A stretch of DNA of 64,000 nucleotides from Dromaius novaehollandiae. Lineage: Eukaryota. The notes under the pieces were generated by a model. The model was not told the origin of the DNA, searched no databases, and worked only from the letters and a program-made list of their open reading frames with translations. The stretch spans positions 199,927,336 to 199,991,335 of the forward strand of contig NC_088098.1 in NCBI RefSeq assembly GCF_036370855.1. Reading direction: 5' to 3'. Each line of letters begins with the position of its first letter. The first letter of the stretch is position 1. Below, piece by piece: positions 41,860 to 54,433 of this stretch. The position numbers and the translations under genes were made by a program.

Positions 41860-43548
41860 TCTTTAAATACAGTGGCAATAAAGGGAAGACTAGGGAAAAT
41901 GTGGGCCTGCTGCTGGATGGGGGTGGGGGCTCTGGTCACAAAGGATACAGAAGAGGTGGAGAATGCTGCCTTTGCTTCAGTTGTTACTGTGAGACCAGCC
42001 CTGGAGATGAGACAGAAAGCCTGGAGAAAGGAAGCCTTTCTTGTGATTGAGGAGGATCAGGTTAGAGCTCCTTTAAGCAAATTTGACATCCACAAGTGCA
42101 TTGGCCATGATAGGATGCACCCATGAGTGCTGAGGGAGCTGGTGGATGTCAGTGCAAGGCCACACCTGATCACCTTTGAAAGGTCATGGAGAACAGGAGC
42201 AGTGCCTGAGGACTGGAAGAAGGCAGATGTCTTCACAAAGGGCAAGAAGGAGGACCCAGGGACCTACAGGCCAGTCAGCCTCACCTCAATCCCCAGAAAG
42301 GTGATGCAGCAGCTCATCCTAGACACCATCTTCAAGCATATGAAGGATAAGGTGGTGATCAGGAGTAGTCAGCACAGATTCTCAAAGGGGAAACCCTGCT
42401 TAACCAACCTGCCTAGCTGCCTGTGATGGAATGACTGGCTGGGTAGATGAGGGGAGAGTAGTGGATGTTTTCTCCCTTGACTTCAGCAAGGCTTTTGCCA
42501 CTGTCTCCCATAACATCCTCGTAGACATGCTCAAAGTGTGGGATAGACAAGCAGACAGGGAGATGGATTGAGAACTGGGTGAATAGCAGAGCTCAGAGGG
42601 TTGTGATCAGTGGCACGAAGCCTAGTTGGAGGCCTTTAGCCAGCTGTGTCCTCCAGGGGATCAGTACTAGGTCCAGCATTGTGCAACTTTTTCATCAGTG
42701 ACCTGGATGAAGGGACAGAGTGCACCCTCACAAAGCTTGGTGCTGGTACAAAACTGGGAGGAGTGGTTGATACACCAGAGGGCTGTGCTGCCCTTCCCAG
42801 GGACCTCAACAGGCTGGAGAGATGGGTGGAGAGGAAGCTCATGAAGTTCAACAAAGGCAAGTGCAGAGTCCTGCACCTAGGGAGGAATAACCCCATTCAC
42901 AAGGACAGGCTGGGGGCCGGCCAGCTGCAAAGCAGCTCTGCAGAGAAGGACCTAGGGGTCCTTTCACCTGGCAATGTGCCCTTCTGGAAAGGAAGGCCAA
43001 TAGTATCCTGGGGTGCATTAGGAAGAGCATTGCCAGCAGGTCAGGGTAGGTGATCCTCCCCCTCTACACATACCTGGTGAGGCTGCATCTGCAGTACCAT
43101 GTTCAGTTCTGGGCTCCCCCATACAAGAGAGACATGGGGTTACTGGAGTGAGTCCAGTGAAGGGCTGCTATGGTGATTAGTTGACTGGAGCATCTCTTAC
43201 ATGAGGAAAGGCTGAGAGAGCTGGGCCTGTTCAGCCTGGAGAAGAGAAGACTGAGGGGATCTTAGGGGTGCGTTTAAATATCCAAAGGGAGGGCATAAAG
43301 TAGTGGCCAGCAATTGGGCACAAAATGAAACATAAGAAGCTCCATTTGAACATAAGAGAAAACTTTTCTCCTGCCAGGAAGACTGAGCACTGGAACAGGT
43401 CATCCAGGCATGTTACAGAGTCTCCATCCTTAGAGATATTTAAAAGCCAGTTGTCAGGGTCCTAGGTAACATTGTCTAGGTGACTCTGCTTGATTAGATC
43501 ATCTCCAGCAGTTTCTTCTAACCTCAACCATTCTGTGAAATGTCACAT
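41860..43548 (+). mobile_element. CR1 LINE fragment of about 1.7 kb spanning the reverse-transcriptase domain to the 3' end, with frameshifts and stops
   Basis: Track ORFs 41872..42126, 42127..42426 and 42646..43053 encode CR1 ORF2 segments: ...EEDQVRAPLSKFDIHKCIGHDRMHP; RELVDVSARPHLITFERSWRTGAVPEDWKKADV...YRPVSLTSIP...; ...FISDLDEGTECTLTKLG...KFNKGKCRVLHLGRNNP.... These are followed by ...[19 protein letters not shown]... and the tail ...ttcttctaacctcaaccattctgtgaaatg. Confidence 0.9.
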
Positions 43549-43679
43549 TCACAGCTATGCTGTAAAATACCTTTTTGCCTTAGAGAAATGGTTGACTGCA
43601 ACTGCTCTCTTCGAAGTCTGAAACAAATAGAATAGTGACTTCACAATGTCCCACACTTCCTCCTAGCTCCCACACTTCA

Positions 43680-43913
43680 GCCTTCCCCCCCCCGATTTTT
43701 TTTTTCAGTAGGTTTTTTTGCTGCCCTAATTTCTCTACTGTCAACACATTTTTTGTTTTTTTGGTTTTTTTTGGTTTTTTTTGCAAGAAAACCAAGGAAG
43801 GTGTCAAGTCTTTTTTTTTTTTTCTCTCTCCTCTCTCCCTTCCTTAATTTTCACTGCTAACCCAGTCCTGTTCAAATACATGCTTCAAGCTGTCAGGGCC
43901 AAGGCTGTCTTCT

Positions 43914-43951
<38 letters not shown>
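43680..43951 (+). repeat. T/C-rich low-complexity block immediately 3' of the CR1 copy, ending in a T homopolymer of about 36 nt at 43916-43951
   Basis: It contains cccccccccgattttttttttcag, (ggtttttttt)x3, t15 ctctctcctctctccc and a T run of about 36, as read directly from the sequence. Confidence 0.8.
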
Positions 43952-43955
<4 letters not shown>

Positions 43956-46139
43956 ATTATTATTTTTCCCCTAAGCTGTTTGGCTGAAAGGGAAAAAACA
44001 ATGATTAAAGGCAGGTTCAAAATCTGAAAAACATTTTCCCACATGTAGGGGACATCATAAAGAAAAACTGAGGCATCCTCAGAGGGGCAGGATTCAGGAC
44101 TTGCCAGTCATGCTCATACCGCACCCACAGCTTAGAAAAAGGTCCTCTTTGTAGTTCTTGCACATTCTGGGCTATAAAGAGTAAGACTCCATTAACAGCT
44201 CTACCTTCTGGAGAAAGTTCTAAAACTCTCCCCATTTCCCAACCCTGCACCCTGTTTCTGAGCCATGGCACAGTAGTAGGGCCTGCTTTTTTTTGAGACC
44301 CTCGTGGAAGTTCAACAGCTCTTTCTCTGTACTCTGGGGTAGTTGCCTAAGGCTATTATCAACATTTCTAAGCAGAGATCACCTGTGTATCCTTCCTCCA
44401 AAAGCAAGACTGGAGTAGCTGCAGAATGCCATTCCTACAGAAGCCACATCTAGGCTCCCATGATAGACAGACACCTACCTGGAAGACTGACCTAATGGAA
44501 AGAGATTTTATATTGAATATTTTCCAATACTACAAGGAAAGGCAGATGTTGAAATCAGAACCATGAAAGCTGGAGACAGCCACTGTGGTAATACTAAAAT
44601 CATTACTGCAGGTCAAAGATGATCGATTTTTGTGTCCCTTCTCACAATTTCACCTTACTGAAAACATGTACAACTATAATGGAGTAGGATTAATACGAAC
44701 ATAGCAGAAAAGTATCCATTATTAGAATGCCCAAGACTTATCTTTAAGATAGTATCATAAGATAGTTTGGTCCAGAGTGCCTTTTTCTTTTTTTTCCTCC
44801 TTAAGTCTCCCAGTAAAGTTGTGTAGACTAGAATTTATTAGAACAACCCTCAGACACTAAACAATCCTAGCTGGCTGAGACCGCTGCTGCGGACTATACT
44901 GTCTCAGGGACTCATTAACTTCTCCATCTGGTTATGTCCTGAAACAGCTTTCTTCCATCCAGAGTGATCATAAAACATCTCCTTTTTAAAATGAGTGCTG
45001 AAAGCACAGAAAACCTGTGAGAAAGTCAGCTAGTGCCATCCACCAACTCCCCATATCTCTGAAGCAAGCCAGGAACACAAGTACTTATGTTGCAGCAGTG
45101 AAAGATAGTGAATCCAAGCCTTCAGAACAATTTATTGCCATCGTAGTTTATAGTTACCCCAGCTGCCTTGCCTTGTTTATAGCAGCAAGAAGAAACTGAG
45201 TAAGCACTTCAAAAGTATTTCTCCACAGTGCCTAAAGAATTGCCTTTTATTGTAGCTACTTTCTCTTCAATCTTCGTCCACCAAAACATTTTCTGAGCAG
45301 ATGGGTTAAAAACATTTAGTAAATTAGACAAAACAGCTTCAAACACCCTTTTCAGCATGCCTTTTACGCATCTTCCACGGGGATCTTCGTATCACCAACC
45401 AAAGCGAAAAATGGCTGCAAAAACCATCCCTTAATAAGAGCATCATGAGCTCAATTTTATTCCTCTTGCCTGTAAAACTCCTCCCTCCCTCCCTTTCTCA
45501 AGCCTCAATACAACCTGTGACAAGCTAGTTACTATGACAACTCTTGGAGCATTACTGAAGTTTTTAGGTTAGACTGTACAACAGTATCTAAATAGCCACT
45601 AAATTATTGTACGGACGTTTGTTCAAAAACCTTTTGTCCCCACCTTTTACAGTCCTTGAACAGCTCAAACTTATCACTGAGGTGTACTATACACAATTTA
45701 TCACACATGCACTATACTGTTAAATGTACAATGCAGGAATAACTGAGGAATGGGTAATCACAATACACAGAAACTGTCACTCCAACATAAGGAAACACTT
45801 AAGAATATACCCTATCCTTATTAACCTTTCAGGATTATTTCATAATACCTAAGTTCAAAAGTTCATTAACAGTGACTACAAAGAAATGCAGCTACACAAA
45901 ATTCCCAAGTGCTGGTAGTGACATACCTGATTCTCAACCAGTGCTTGTTCTTGAATCTCAGGTGTTTATGCTTTAGCAAAACAATGAGGTATTTAGCATA
46001 TTTCAAAGAGGTGTTGGTAACAAGTCTGTTCAAAAACAGACTTGTTAGTATCACATCAATACTGTTTAAGCAAAAAGATAGGCAACTATTTTAAATGAAA
46101 GTAGAAATGAGTATTTATATGTCAGGTTGCTGTTCTAGT

Positions 46140-47545
46140 TTTATTTAGTTTCATGTGACATTCCACAAAATTGAAATAGTGTGCTTAATTGCTGTAATTT
46201 GGCATCTCTTAATATGAAAGTTTTAAACTTCCAAGAACCAAAAATTAAAAATTGGTTCACTGAACTTTACATTAAAAAGTCACAGTTCTTAAAAGGATTC
46301 ATAATACATTTGCACCATTTTGATGGTGAGCACTCAAATACAGTAAGAATTTATCCACAATATAGGCACATAGTGGCATGTAAACTACACCTGGCAACCA
46401 GAACAGCAAAGGCACAATCTGGATCTTTTTACTTTAAGAGGTTGTTTAATTTCCAAAAAAAAATATTCTATACTTCATGCTGAAGTTTTACATTTGTATT
46501 TTGTAGCACAGAACCATTACAGAACTGCTGTCAGCTGATAAATTGGTCAGTTAAATTAAAAATGATAGCAGCTCTTTGCACTGAGGAACTGAATATTTGA
46601 ACTCGAGGGCAATACACATTCTCATCTGTCAGGTTTAGAATATCTGAAATCCTCTGTGCATCTTTTTGTCTACAAAAAGCATTGCCTACACATTTAAGGT
46701 AGGTACAAGATTTCTGGTTTACTCTTTTCAGCTTGTATTTGTACTCCTGTATGTCACTTGATTAAGAACCCAAAAGTTAAGATATCTGTAAAACTATCAG
46801 TTGCTTCTCTAATACAAAAGTAGTTTTAAAATACAGATACAACTAGGACTGACTGTGATCCTCTAAGAATTAAGCCTATTCAAATCTTTTTGTTCATGCC
46901 TGCAAACAGACTTAACTGTGGCTGTCCATAGGGGATCAGCAAGCATAACTTCTCTCTCATAATAGGAAGCGCTTCAAACCAGAACACAGCCCCTAGCAAT
47001 TCACAGTTAAGTCTAATGCAGTAACTTCAAACTGTAATTCCACCCATAGCTCTAAGAATATGACAGTTCTGCATTTTACATAGAAACATTGAAGTTAGAA
47101 CAAGTAGAAAATTTTAGCTTACAAATGGAAAAGATCTTTCTATTAAAAAAGACATTTCATGTAGTTACCTTAAATAGTTCTTATATGCACCATTCCACAT
47201 TGTGGAAAAGCTGAAATATGCAGTCTGGACTCCACAAGTTAAAGAAAAACAGAATTATATGTATTGGCACGAATACTTACATCTACATCTGTACAAAGTA
47301 AAAAAAAAAAACAAAAAAAAACACACCCAAAAATCTGACAACCCTGTCCCTCCAGCGTAGCATATTCACCTGCTCTCCAACACATACTTTCCTATATGAC
47401 TGCCAATGAATGACAATGAGATGGGAACTTAGTCTTAAGAGTGTGGTGCCAAAAAGTTCCAAACTGCTTTATCAGTCTCTAAACAGAGGAATCGGAAGTA
47501 TATCCAAAAAAAGTCAGTCCACTCAACACACTTGCAACTTTGAGG
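46140..47545 (-). other. MPHOSPH8: MPHOSPH8 3' UTR; extent uncertain
   Basis: Non-coding sequence downstream of the stop codon on the - strand. No AATAAA occurs in the first 450 nt or so. Candidate signals are ATTAAA near + 46441-46455 and AATAAA near + 46139-46144 (+ strand ttttatttag). Confidence 0.3.
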
Positions 47546-47587
47546 TCACTGCAACTGCACTCTGTAGGCTCCTATTAGCAGCTTTAC
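47546..47587 (-). CDS. MPHOSPH8: MPHOSPH8 terminal coding segment: VKLLIGAYRVQLQ*, stop TGA at 47546-47548
   Basis: The - strand reads ttttgcttttacag|GTAAAGCTGCTAATAGGAGCCTACAGAGTGCAGTTGCAGTGA. It matches the human MPP8 C-terminus VKLLIGAYRVQLQ exactly. Coordinates are anchored to track + ORF 47410..47643. Confidence 0.9.
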   Translation of the reverse strand, partial: VKLLIGAYRVQLQ

Positions 47588-48484
47588 CTGTAAAAGCAAA
47601 ACAAAGGTTTCATATAAAAATTGTTCTCATGTACCTGTATTAAAAGCCTCTGCCAACAGAAGAACAGCATGAGAAAAGGTATACATATAAGTAAGTGTAT
47701 GCAGCAAGCAAGTTACTGCCAATCTGTACTTAATAAAAAGTTAGCCTTGCGGAAAAAAAAAAGATTCAAATAAACACTACTACATTAGTAGGTGTTTAAC
47801 AGTTGACTCCAAATTTGAACTGGAGATACAAATGCACACTTCTATTGGCCTATGTATACTGATTACTTGAATACATTTTTAAAAAAATATTAAGTACAGT
47901 AAAAACTTTAAGAATAAGAGATGTCTTAATTCAGAAGATCTAAAGAATTTACAGGCCTATCTTCTGTGGATAATGCTACCAGAACAGGATTTGTTACTCA
48001 TCTCCTAACAACTGTTGGGACTACTGCCAAAATCACCTGGAAGCATACAACAGACTATGCAGACTATTTAAAAGCATACTGCATATTTTAGTAAATGCTT
48101 CCAGGTTCTTCTAATCACAGAAGCAGAGAGTGTCCGTTGCTATATGCAGAAGGGCAAATGACACTCCATGCATCTGTTAGTTGAAAATTCTGTCTACACT
48201 GCAAATTTAACAAGTATAACATTACTCTATCTTGGCTCAAGAATTACTCTCATTGCAGCAGGGAGATGTTTACTTAGGATGGAACCAACGTTATCCTCAG
48301 TAATGCCCCCCTCTGAGTTCTGGCAATGTCACAGCACAGAACCAAAACTGATGGAAACAGGGTTGAGGAGACTGAGAAATCCTAAAGCAGTTTTACATTT
48401 ACACCATACAACTAGAAGTGCTTATGACTATGGAGGAGTTATTGAACAACAAATTAACATACATATTTTGAGAGCATTTTGTAC

Positions 48485-48568
48485 CTTGGCAGTAGGAGCT
48501 TCTGCCAACCGTATAAAAAGCTTGTTAAGGCCTGCAGTAGGGCTGAAGGAATAAATAAAGTGACTATC
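48485..48568 (-). CDS. MPHOSPH8: MPHOSPH8 penultimate coding exon: DSHFIYSFSPTAGLNKLFIRLAEAPTAK
   Basis: The - strand acceptor is ttccttttag|GATAGTCACTTT; the donor GCCAAG|gtac follows. Coordinates are anchored to track + ORF 48168..48554. It matches human MPP8 DSHFVYSFSPVAGPNKLFIRLTEAPSAK. An internal CAG at 48543-48545 can be mistaken for the acceptor. Confidence 0.85.
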
Positions 48569-48764
48569 CTAAAAGGAAAAAGAAAATGGACCAAGTTAAT
48601 GACAGGATGCGGCCAATTATGCTGTATGAGTGGACTTTAAAACATGACATTTAACCTATACATTTTTGAAAGAAAGTCCTGAATACTGCAAAGACCCTTT
48701 GGTGCAACCACAGAGAAAACAAGAAAACTTGAAAAAGTGCACATGATGATGCACTTAATAGGGG

Positions 48765-48791
48765 AAAAAAAAAAAAAAAAAAAAAAAAAAA
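48765..48791 (+). repeat. A homopolymer of about 27 nt inside an MPHOSPH8 intron
   Basis: The run gggg(a)27gaaacag is read directly from the sequence. Confidence 0.8.
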
Positions 48792-49205
48792 GAAACAGAA
48801 ATCATTAGAAATATGGGGAAGGTTGTTAAAACAATACAAAGTACTTACACTGAGGAACTTGTCTGGGTCAAAAATTTGAGGGGCTAGGTGAATTTGAGGA
48901 GTAAGAAAGAGAGCTTTTAAAATTCAGAAATCCCATCTGCCTGCTCAAACCCTGAATTCTGATGTCCCTGCCTTTTAAGGCAAAAGTTTTTTTAATAGAA
49001 TCTGGTATCTGCAAGCTTTGCAGTTCCCCTCCACATACAAAGAAAAATTAAGTTTTGTGTAACACCCCTTGGACGAATAATGATAAACAAATGCTCAAAA
49101 TTACAATATTCAAAATCCAAATTGAGGATCTAAAAGTACCCAGATTGACTACAAACTGCTTTATAAAAAACTTTATAGAACAATTAATTATATGGGAAGT
49201 TTTAC

Positions 49206-49333
49206 CAAAAATACAGGAAGCTGGAATTTATCGTTTAAAACCACAGCTTGTACACTGCATGGTCCACAGAGCCGAGCAATGACTTCTTTACCGAAGAAAT
49301 TTGAATGGAAAACAAACAGAAGAATTCCGGATC
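49206..49333 (-). CDS. MPHOSPH8: MPHOSPH8 coding exon: (G)SGILLFVFHSNFFGKEVIARLCGPCSVQAVVLNDKFQLPVFL
   Basis: The - strand acceptor is tcccttcctag|GATCCGGAATT; the donor TTTTTG|gtaaaac follows. Coordinates are anchored to track + ORF 49192..49455. It matches human MPP8 SGILLFIFHANFLGKEVIARLCGPCSVQAVVLNDKFQLPVFL. Confidence 0.85.
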
Positions 49334-50740
49334 CTAGGAAGGGAAGACAATTAGGTTATATGACCCTGAAGCAAGACCCAGGATTTAGAACAATTGCATA
49401 CACTAAACTTTTGACAACAACCTACAAAGGTACTGTAGCCCCATGCCATTTCTGAAGAGCTAGAATTTATTTTTCCCAAAGCTACACACTAAAAGCAATA
49501 CACTGGATGCTTCTTTTACATTTTTTTTGTAGTATAAATATTGAACTCAATGCAGCAAAGCAATAATGCAGTTCTGAACTACCAGAATTCCAGTCTTCCA
49601 AGCCAGGGAACCCCAAGCACAGAGCACAACTGTCTTGGTCACTAAGCTAAGGTCTTGTGGCAGCAGGAATAATTTTATGTGGCTGCTATAAGAAAAGGCA
49701 AAACAGATACAGCAATTCTCATGTGTACTTCACCTCCATGTTTTTAGGTTTGTCTAGAGAGAGTTGTAAAATTTAATGTAGTCTAGGCTGTCTTTTCTCT
49801 TGGGAAGGAAAACTAAATCTAAACAATTACAGATTTTTAGGAACTGCACTGAAATGTAATGAGCAAGAATCTTCCAATACCCTTAAATACCTCAAGTTTC
49901 TCTTCTAACACATGAGCAAATACAATGTTTTTTTAATTCTATAAAGGATACTTAATCAAGAATTGGAAGACACCGAAATTCATACTCCAATTCCTAAATA
50001 AAAAAAATGGACTAACACAACCACTTGCAACCTTTGAGTAACAATTTGGTCACAATAATGTATTACTTAGAGAAAATCAGTATTGGTAGATACAGACTCT
50101 CCTTCCCTGATACACTCAAAAGGTGAATAAAAAAGTAAAAATAATAATAAAAACACTGAGCAAAGTTGAGCAGAGATTGTTATCTGGATTCCCGACAGAT
50201 TGAGGAAACATTCCAGAATGTCTCAAAAACATGATGCCTAGCTTTTTAAAGGGGCAAAAGGGCCTAAGGCGAAAACAGAGCTGACTGTCTCTGAACAACA
50301 AACTGACACTGGCTAGTTTTTTATAGCACTTCAAGACTGCATTTGTACTGTAACAGTGCCCTTACTGTACTCCAAGACAACAGTGTTGGATACTGTACAC
50401 AAAACAAGATGATTCGCTACTTTATTTTTGTAGTATGCTCTTCATTAAGATTTTTCAAAATTATTCTAAGCTAAACCGTTCCTTTCCCATAATACTTGTC
50501 AAATAGCCATTGTAACCCATAAACGGAAGAGAAGCTGCCTTGTGTGGCAGCACCAACTCTTGCGGTGGGGAAACAACACGCAAAACCCACCCATGATGCA
50601 TCAAAACATTGCTCTTCCTCTCCCTAAAACAGTGCCTCCCACTATCAACTCCTACAATCCATAATCTTTTGTTATAAAGAGCACCCTTAATGTAGAAGTA
50701 CTTGAAAAACAGACAGTATTATTATTATTTTTTAAACTAC

Positions 50741-50895
50741 CTTCTGGCACATTTTGTGGGGGTTTATAGTTAAAATCCGTAGAAAAGTCTGGCCCTTCAC
50801 AGAGACGATGACATGCAATTGGGAAGACCGGCTCCAGCAAAGCAAGACGAGCTTCAAAATAATCCCTGATGGTATCTTCTGCTACTCTTGAGAGC
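50741..50895 (-). CDS. MPHOSPH8: MPHOSPH8 coding exon: (T)LSRVAEDTIRDYFEARLALLEPVFPIACHRLCEGPDFSTDFNYKPPQNVPE plus 1 nt
   Basis: Anchored to track ORF 50652..50954 (-). The acceptor is ttgtttag|GCTCTCAAG and the donor is CCAGAAG|gtagtt. It matches human MPP8 LSRVAEETIKDYFEARLALLEPVFPIACHRLCEGPDFSTDFNYKPPQNIPEG. Confidence 0.9.
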
Positions 50896-51321
50896 CTAAA
50901 CAAGCAAACAAGTGAGGCTTGTACTTCATATAGTAAAATTACTTTACCAGACATAGATTTAATGAGAGCTGAAGCAATAAAGGATTCCAGATTACCTGTT
51001 TTAGATTCTTGATTTCAGGAGTGAATGCCTTCATCAATAGCATTTATGCATTGATGAACCCCAGGTCCTGATATTTTATTAATAAAACATTTTATCAGTA
51101 ATCTGTTTGTGAAATTCATCTATCAGGTCCACAAAAAAAAAAAATTTGAAACAAGTGCACTGCAGCAGATTCAAAAAATTCTCACTAGCCACAAGCTGTG
51201 AAAACTCTTTATGTAGAAAGCTGTCCCTGAAACATTGACCTGTACACCATGGCTACGCAGAAACAGACAACTGCCTTCCCAGCATCGCTGCTGTGTTGAC
51301 CTGACTGCAAGTACGATGTCG

Positions 51322-51343
51322 AAATAAATAAATAAATAAAAAC
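51322..51343 (+). repeat. (AAAT)n microsatellite; a matching (TTTA)n lies at about 51472-51493
   Basis: The runs gaaataaataaataaataaaaac and gtttatttatttatttatttattgg are read directly from the sequence. Both lie in the MPHOSPH8 intron. Confidence 0.8.
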
Positions 51344-54278
51344 ATTGTGTAATTTCACTGATGATACTAAGCCAGGAGAAATGCAATTCCCAACGAAACG
51401 CTATTAAAATGTGGTTTAAAAGTAGCAACACTCACTAAATAGCCAATGGTGAACTGGGGCCAAATTAAGGGTTTATTTATTTATTTATTTATTGGATTTG
51501 AGCAGGCAACCTAGCCTTCAAAAAAGAGCTCACATCTAACCAACAGTAATTGTCACTTTTACAAGCAGGTTATGAAGTAATCCTGTTAGGAAACCTTCCC
51601 CCCCCCCACGCAAATAGGTTTTAAATGCTTTTTCAAGGCAAAGGTTATGATCAGAACTCTGGAGGTCCTGACTCTCAGCTTTATAACTTTTTCAGCTATA
51701 TTCAGGGCTCTCTTCCCCTTCAGGCTCGCTGAGATCATCATCTCCAGAACCTAAAATTGAAGTGTTTGAGCTGAAAGAAACCCCAAGAACTGCCATACCA
51801 AAGCCAGCTCAGAACACCTATCTACTCCTTTCCAGACGCTAGAGGAAACAGTATAAACAATATGGGAAGTTATAAAAGTTGTCTTTTTCTTTTCTGATTT
51901 AGAGACATCCCAAACCAGAGACTGCACCCAGATCATACCTCTCTTCTGATCTGCTTAATCCCTTCTGAACTCTACTACATTTGAGTTCAACTTTCTGCAA
52001 TTGTGAGATCCATAATTCAGCAGTTCTGTGCAAAAATATTTCTGTTTCAAGCCTGTCACTTAATCATCTATCTGGATGGATGATTTTTAAAATTTTCTCT
52101 TTTTTTAAATTGTGATCTTTCAGTCTGTTCCAAGGTGACGTGTTCCACCTCAGTCTACCCCTACGAAAGCTACTCACTCCATTATCTTTACCTTCCCTTC
52201 CAACCTTTCTGCTTTATTTGTGTTTGAAACAAGGTAACTAGAACCGCACATGCTCTTTAAGACATTTGGACACCATCGATTTACATTTTATTGTCAGCTC
52301 CTTTCCTACTATATTATTTTCCTTCTTGACTGACAAGAAGTACTGATCTCATGTTTTCAGATAATTATTCATAATGAGTCCAGGAGGTTTCTCAGCTGGC
52401 AAGAGCTATGTTACTCCATGCGTGTAATGGGCATTACTACAGTCATAGCTCATGGACATCATTTCACATTATGAGTATTTAATTTCACCTGCCATTTTAC
52501 TGGTAAATTACTAGTTCAAGATCTTCCAAAAGTCATTCTTAAGGATAGTCCAAACTAAAGGTGACAGATTTTGAATAGGCAATGAACTGGAAAGGCACCA
52601 AATAGTGAATGAATTACAAAGTATTCAATATCCTGAGCAGCACATCCCAGATCAGTTATCTGCATGCTTGCTGTTGCCTTCAAAAACTTAACTGACAAGT
52701 CATGATTTCCTTCTTAAAGACATCTTGGGAAAGAATCAGCATACTCCATTTATCCATTTTATAGTTATAAAACTATGCTTGAAAAATTATGATTAGCTTT
52801 TACGCTTTTAGCACATTCTTCCATTTAGCCTGAATAAAGAAAATAACCCTTATAGCTTCTGATCTGCTCAGAAGATAAATTAGATGCAGTGATCTACAAT
52901 TCATCAGATAAACTCTGTGGTGCATTAGAAATACTGGCATCATCATACCTTTCTTCTGGTATCAAACAGGTTTTGAACTAATTTTCAGCAATTTCATAAC
53001 TGAGTAAATTTAGAATTCATAGGTGAATACATAGGTGGCCCTGGAAATGTATTTATTTGGATTTTATTGACTTTCACTAAAACATCTTCTACTGACATTT
53101 CACTTTGAGAATGTTCCACAGACTTCTCTGCCTTACAGAAGGGCTCTCCAATCTCCACTGGGAACATCACTGCAATTGTCATAACATAACGGAGTATTTA
53201 AGTAATACTTTTTCCTTTATAATCTTATAAAGATAGAATAAGAATACTAGCAAGTATCAGTGACTGTAACAAACAGTTTCTGTCAGGACAGATTTAAGAA
53301 ACTAGTTGATGGGGAAAACAAGAGATCAGAGGCAGAAATCAGCCAAGGCTTTCTATAGACAAAAATATCACAGAATAAGTTTGACTACAAACTACATGTT
53401 AGATATCATATTACATTATACAGATAAATCATTAGGATAAAATCATCATAAAACAACAAAAGGATCTTGTAATGAGACAGTGTTCCTCTGGCACTAAACA
53501 TGCATTCATGCGAAAGCTCTACGACCACCTTTAAATCTTATTCAAATTTAGAGACTGTTGGTCAAAATTTTCTGACCTAATAGGTTAGCTCATCAGAATA
53601 CTTTTACACTGATATTTAAAGAAGAACTTACTCTTTTCTCCTCACATCTACTTTTGTCTGCCTTTGGCATCCAGATTAATCAACTCAGTGTATATTACAT
53701 GAACATATCACATGAATACTCCACATTCTACCTACACTGCACAACTCTCAAATCATTCTATTGAATGATGAACATTTCTACTTCTATCATTTACTGTCTC
53801 AAAAGCTTCACCTATCTGGCACAGCGCTCTTGAACACTCAGCTCAAAACTTAAAATGATGATGATGACTTATCTTCCATCTTCAGACTTTTCATGTTTTT
53901 TAGAGGAAAAACTCCCCATAGATTTTGTGCTTTCAAGCAAGCTGCTTTATTTAGTATGTTCCTAGTAAGAATTTATATTGAACTGTCCTGTGTCTATGCA
54001 CTTTAAGATTTTCCCATTTGCTTTCTTTCTAGTTTGAGGAATGCCTTTCACTTCTAGTAATTCTCTTTCTCCTTTCCATCTTTTTACTCAATGTTTAAGT
54101 AACTGCTCATTCACTTGTTAGCTCACATCACTTTTTAGTTAGTTTTCTGCCCAAAGGAAATCTGTATTCTTTTCTAGCATCACCCCTTTTTTGCCATGAC
54201 TTAAACCAAAACTATGACATGTCCAGTATTCCAAACTTTACCAGAACAAACACAAAATTCAAAATACAGTTTACTTAC

Positions 54279-54433
54279 GTTTCCAAATGACTCTTGAGCT
54301 GCTCATATACCAGTACATTATTACACTGTTTAGCAAAATGAAGTGCATTGTTCTGATGCTTTGACAAAATGTTACAGTCCGCTCCACTTTCAATCATAAG
54401 CCGCACAATATCAGAATTTCCTCTTTTACAAGC
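54279..54433 (-). CDS. MPHOSPH8: MPHOSPH8 coding exon (ankyrin repeat): ACKRGNSDIVRLMIESGADCNILSKHQNNALHFAKQCNNVLVYEQLKSHLE plus 2 nt
   Basis: Anchored to track ORF 54275..54481 (-). It has a CAG acceptor and a GAAAC|gtaagt donor. It matches human MPP8 ACKRGNSDIVRLVIECGADCNILSKHQNSALHFAKQSNNVLVYDLLKNHLE(T). Confidence 0.9.

Noticed and set aside
42646-43053. 135-aa ORF that could be taken for a host gene (with 42127..42426 and 41872..42126)
   Set aside because: These ORFs are reverse-transcriptase fragments of a degenerate CR1 LINE. They are interrupted by frameshifts and stops and are not a functional host gene.
44017-44271. 84-aa - strand ORF downstream of the CR1 copy
   Set aside because: It has no splice context, domain or similarity. 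It lies in the MPHOSPH8 3' flank, about 3.3 kb below the stop codon, and is likely non-coding.
48168-48554. 128-aa + strand ORF overlapping the MPHOSPH8 penultimate exon
   Set aside because: It is antisense to a verified MPP8 exon and intron. It has no splice or similarity support and is likely a chance frame.
48842-48855. 14-nt micro-exon (ACAAGTTCCTCAGT, - strand, CAG acceptor plus GTAAGT donor) between MPHOSPH8 exons
   Set aside because: I considered it when I mistook the internal CAG at 48543-48545 for the acceptor of the penultimate exon. The correct acceptor at 48569-48570 yields DSHFIYSFSPTAG..., contiguous with human, and makes the micro-exon unnecessary.
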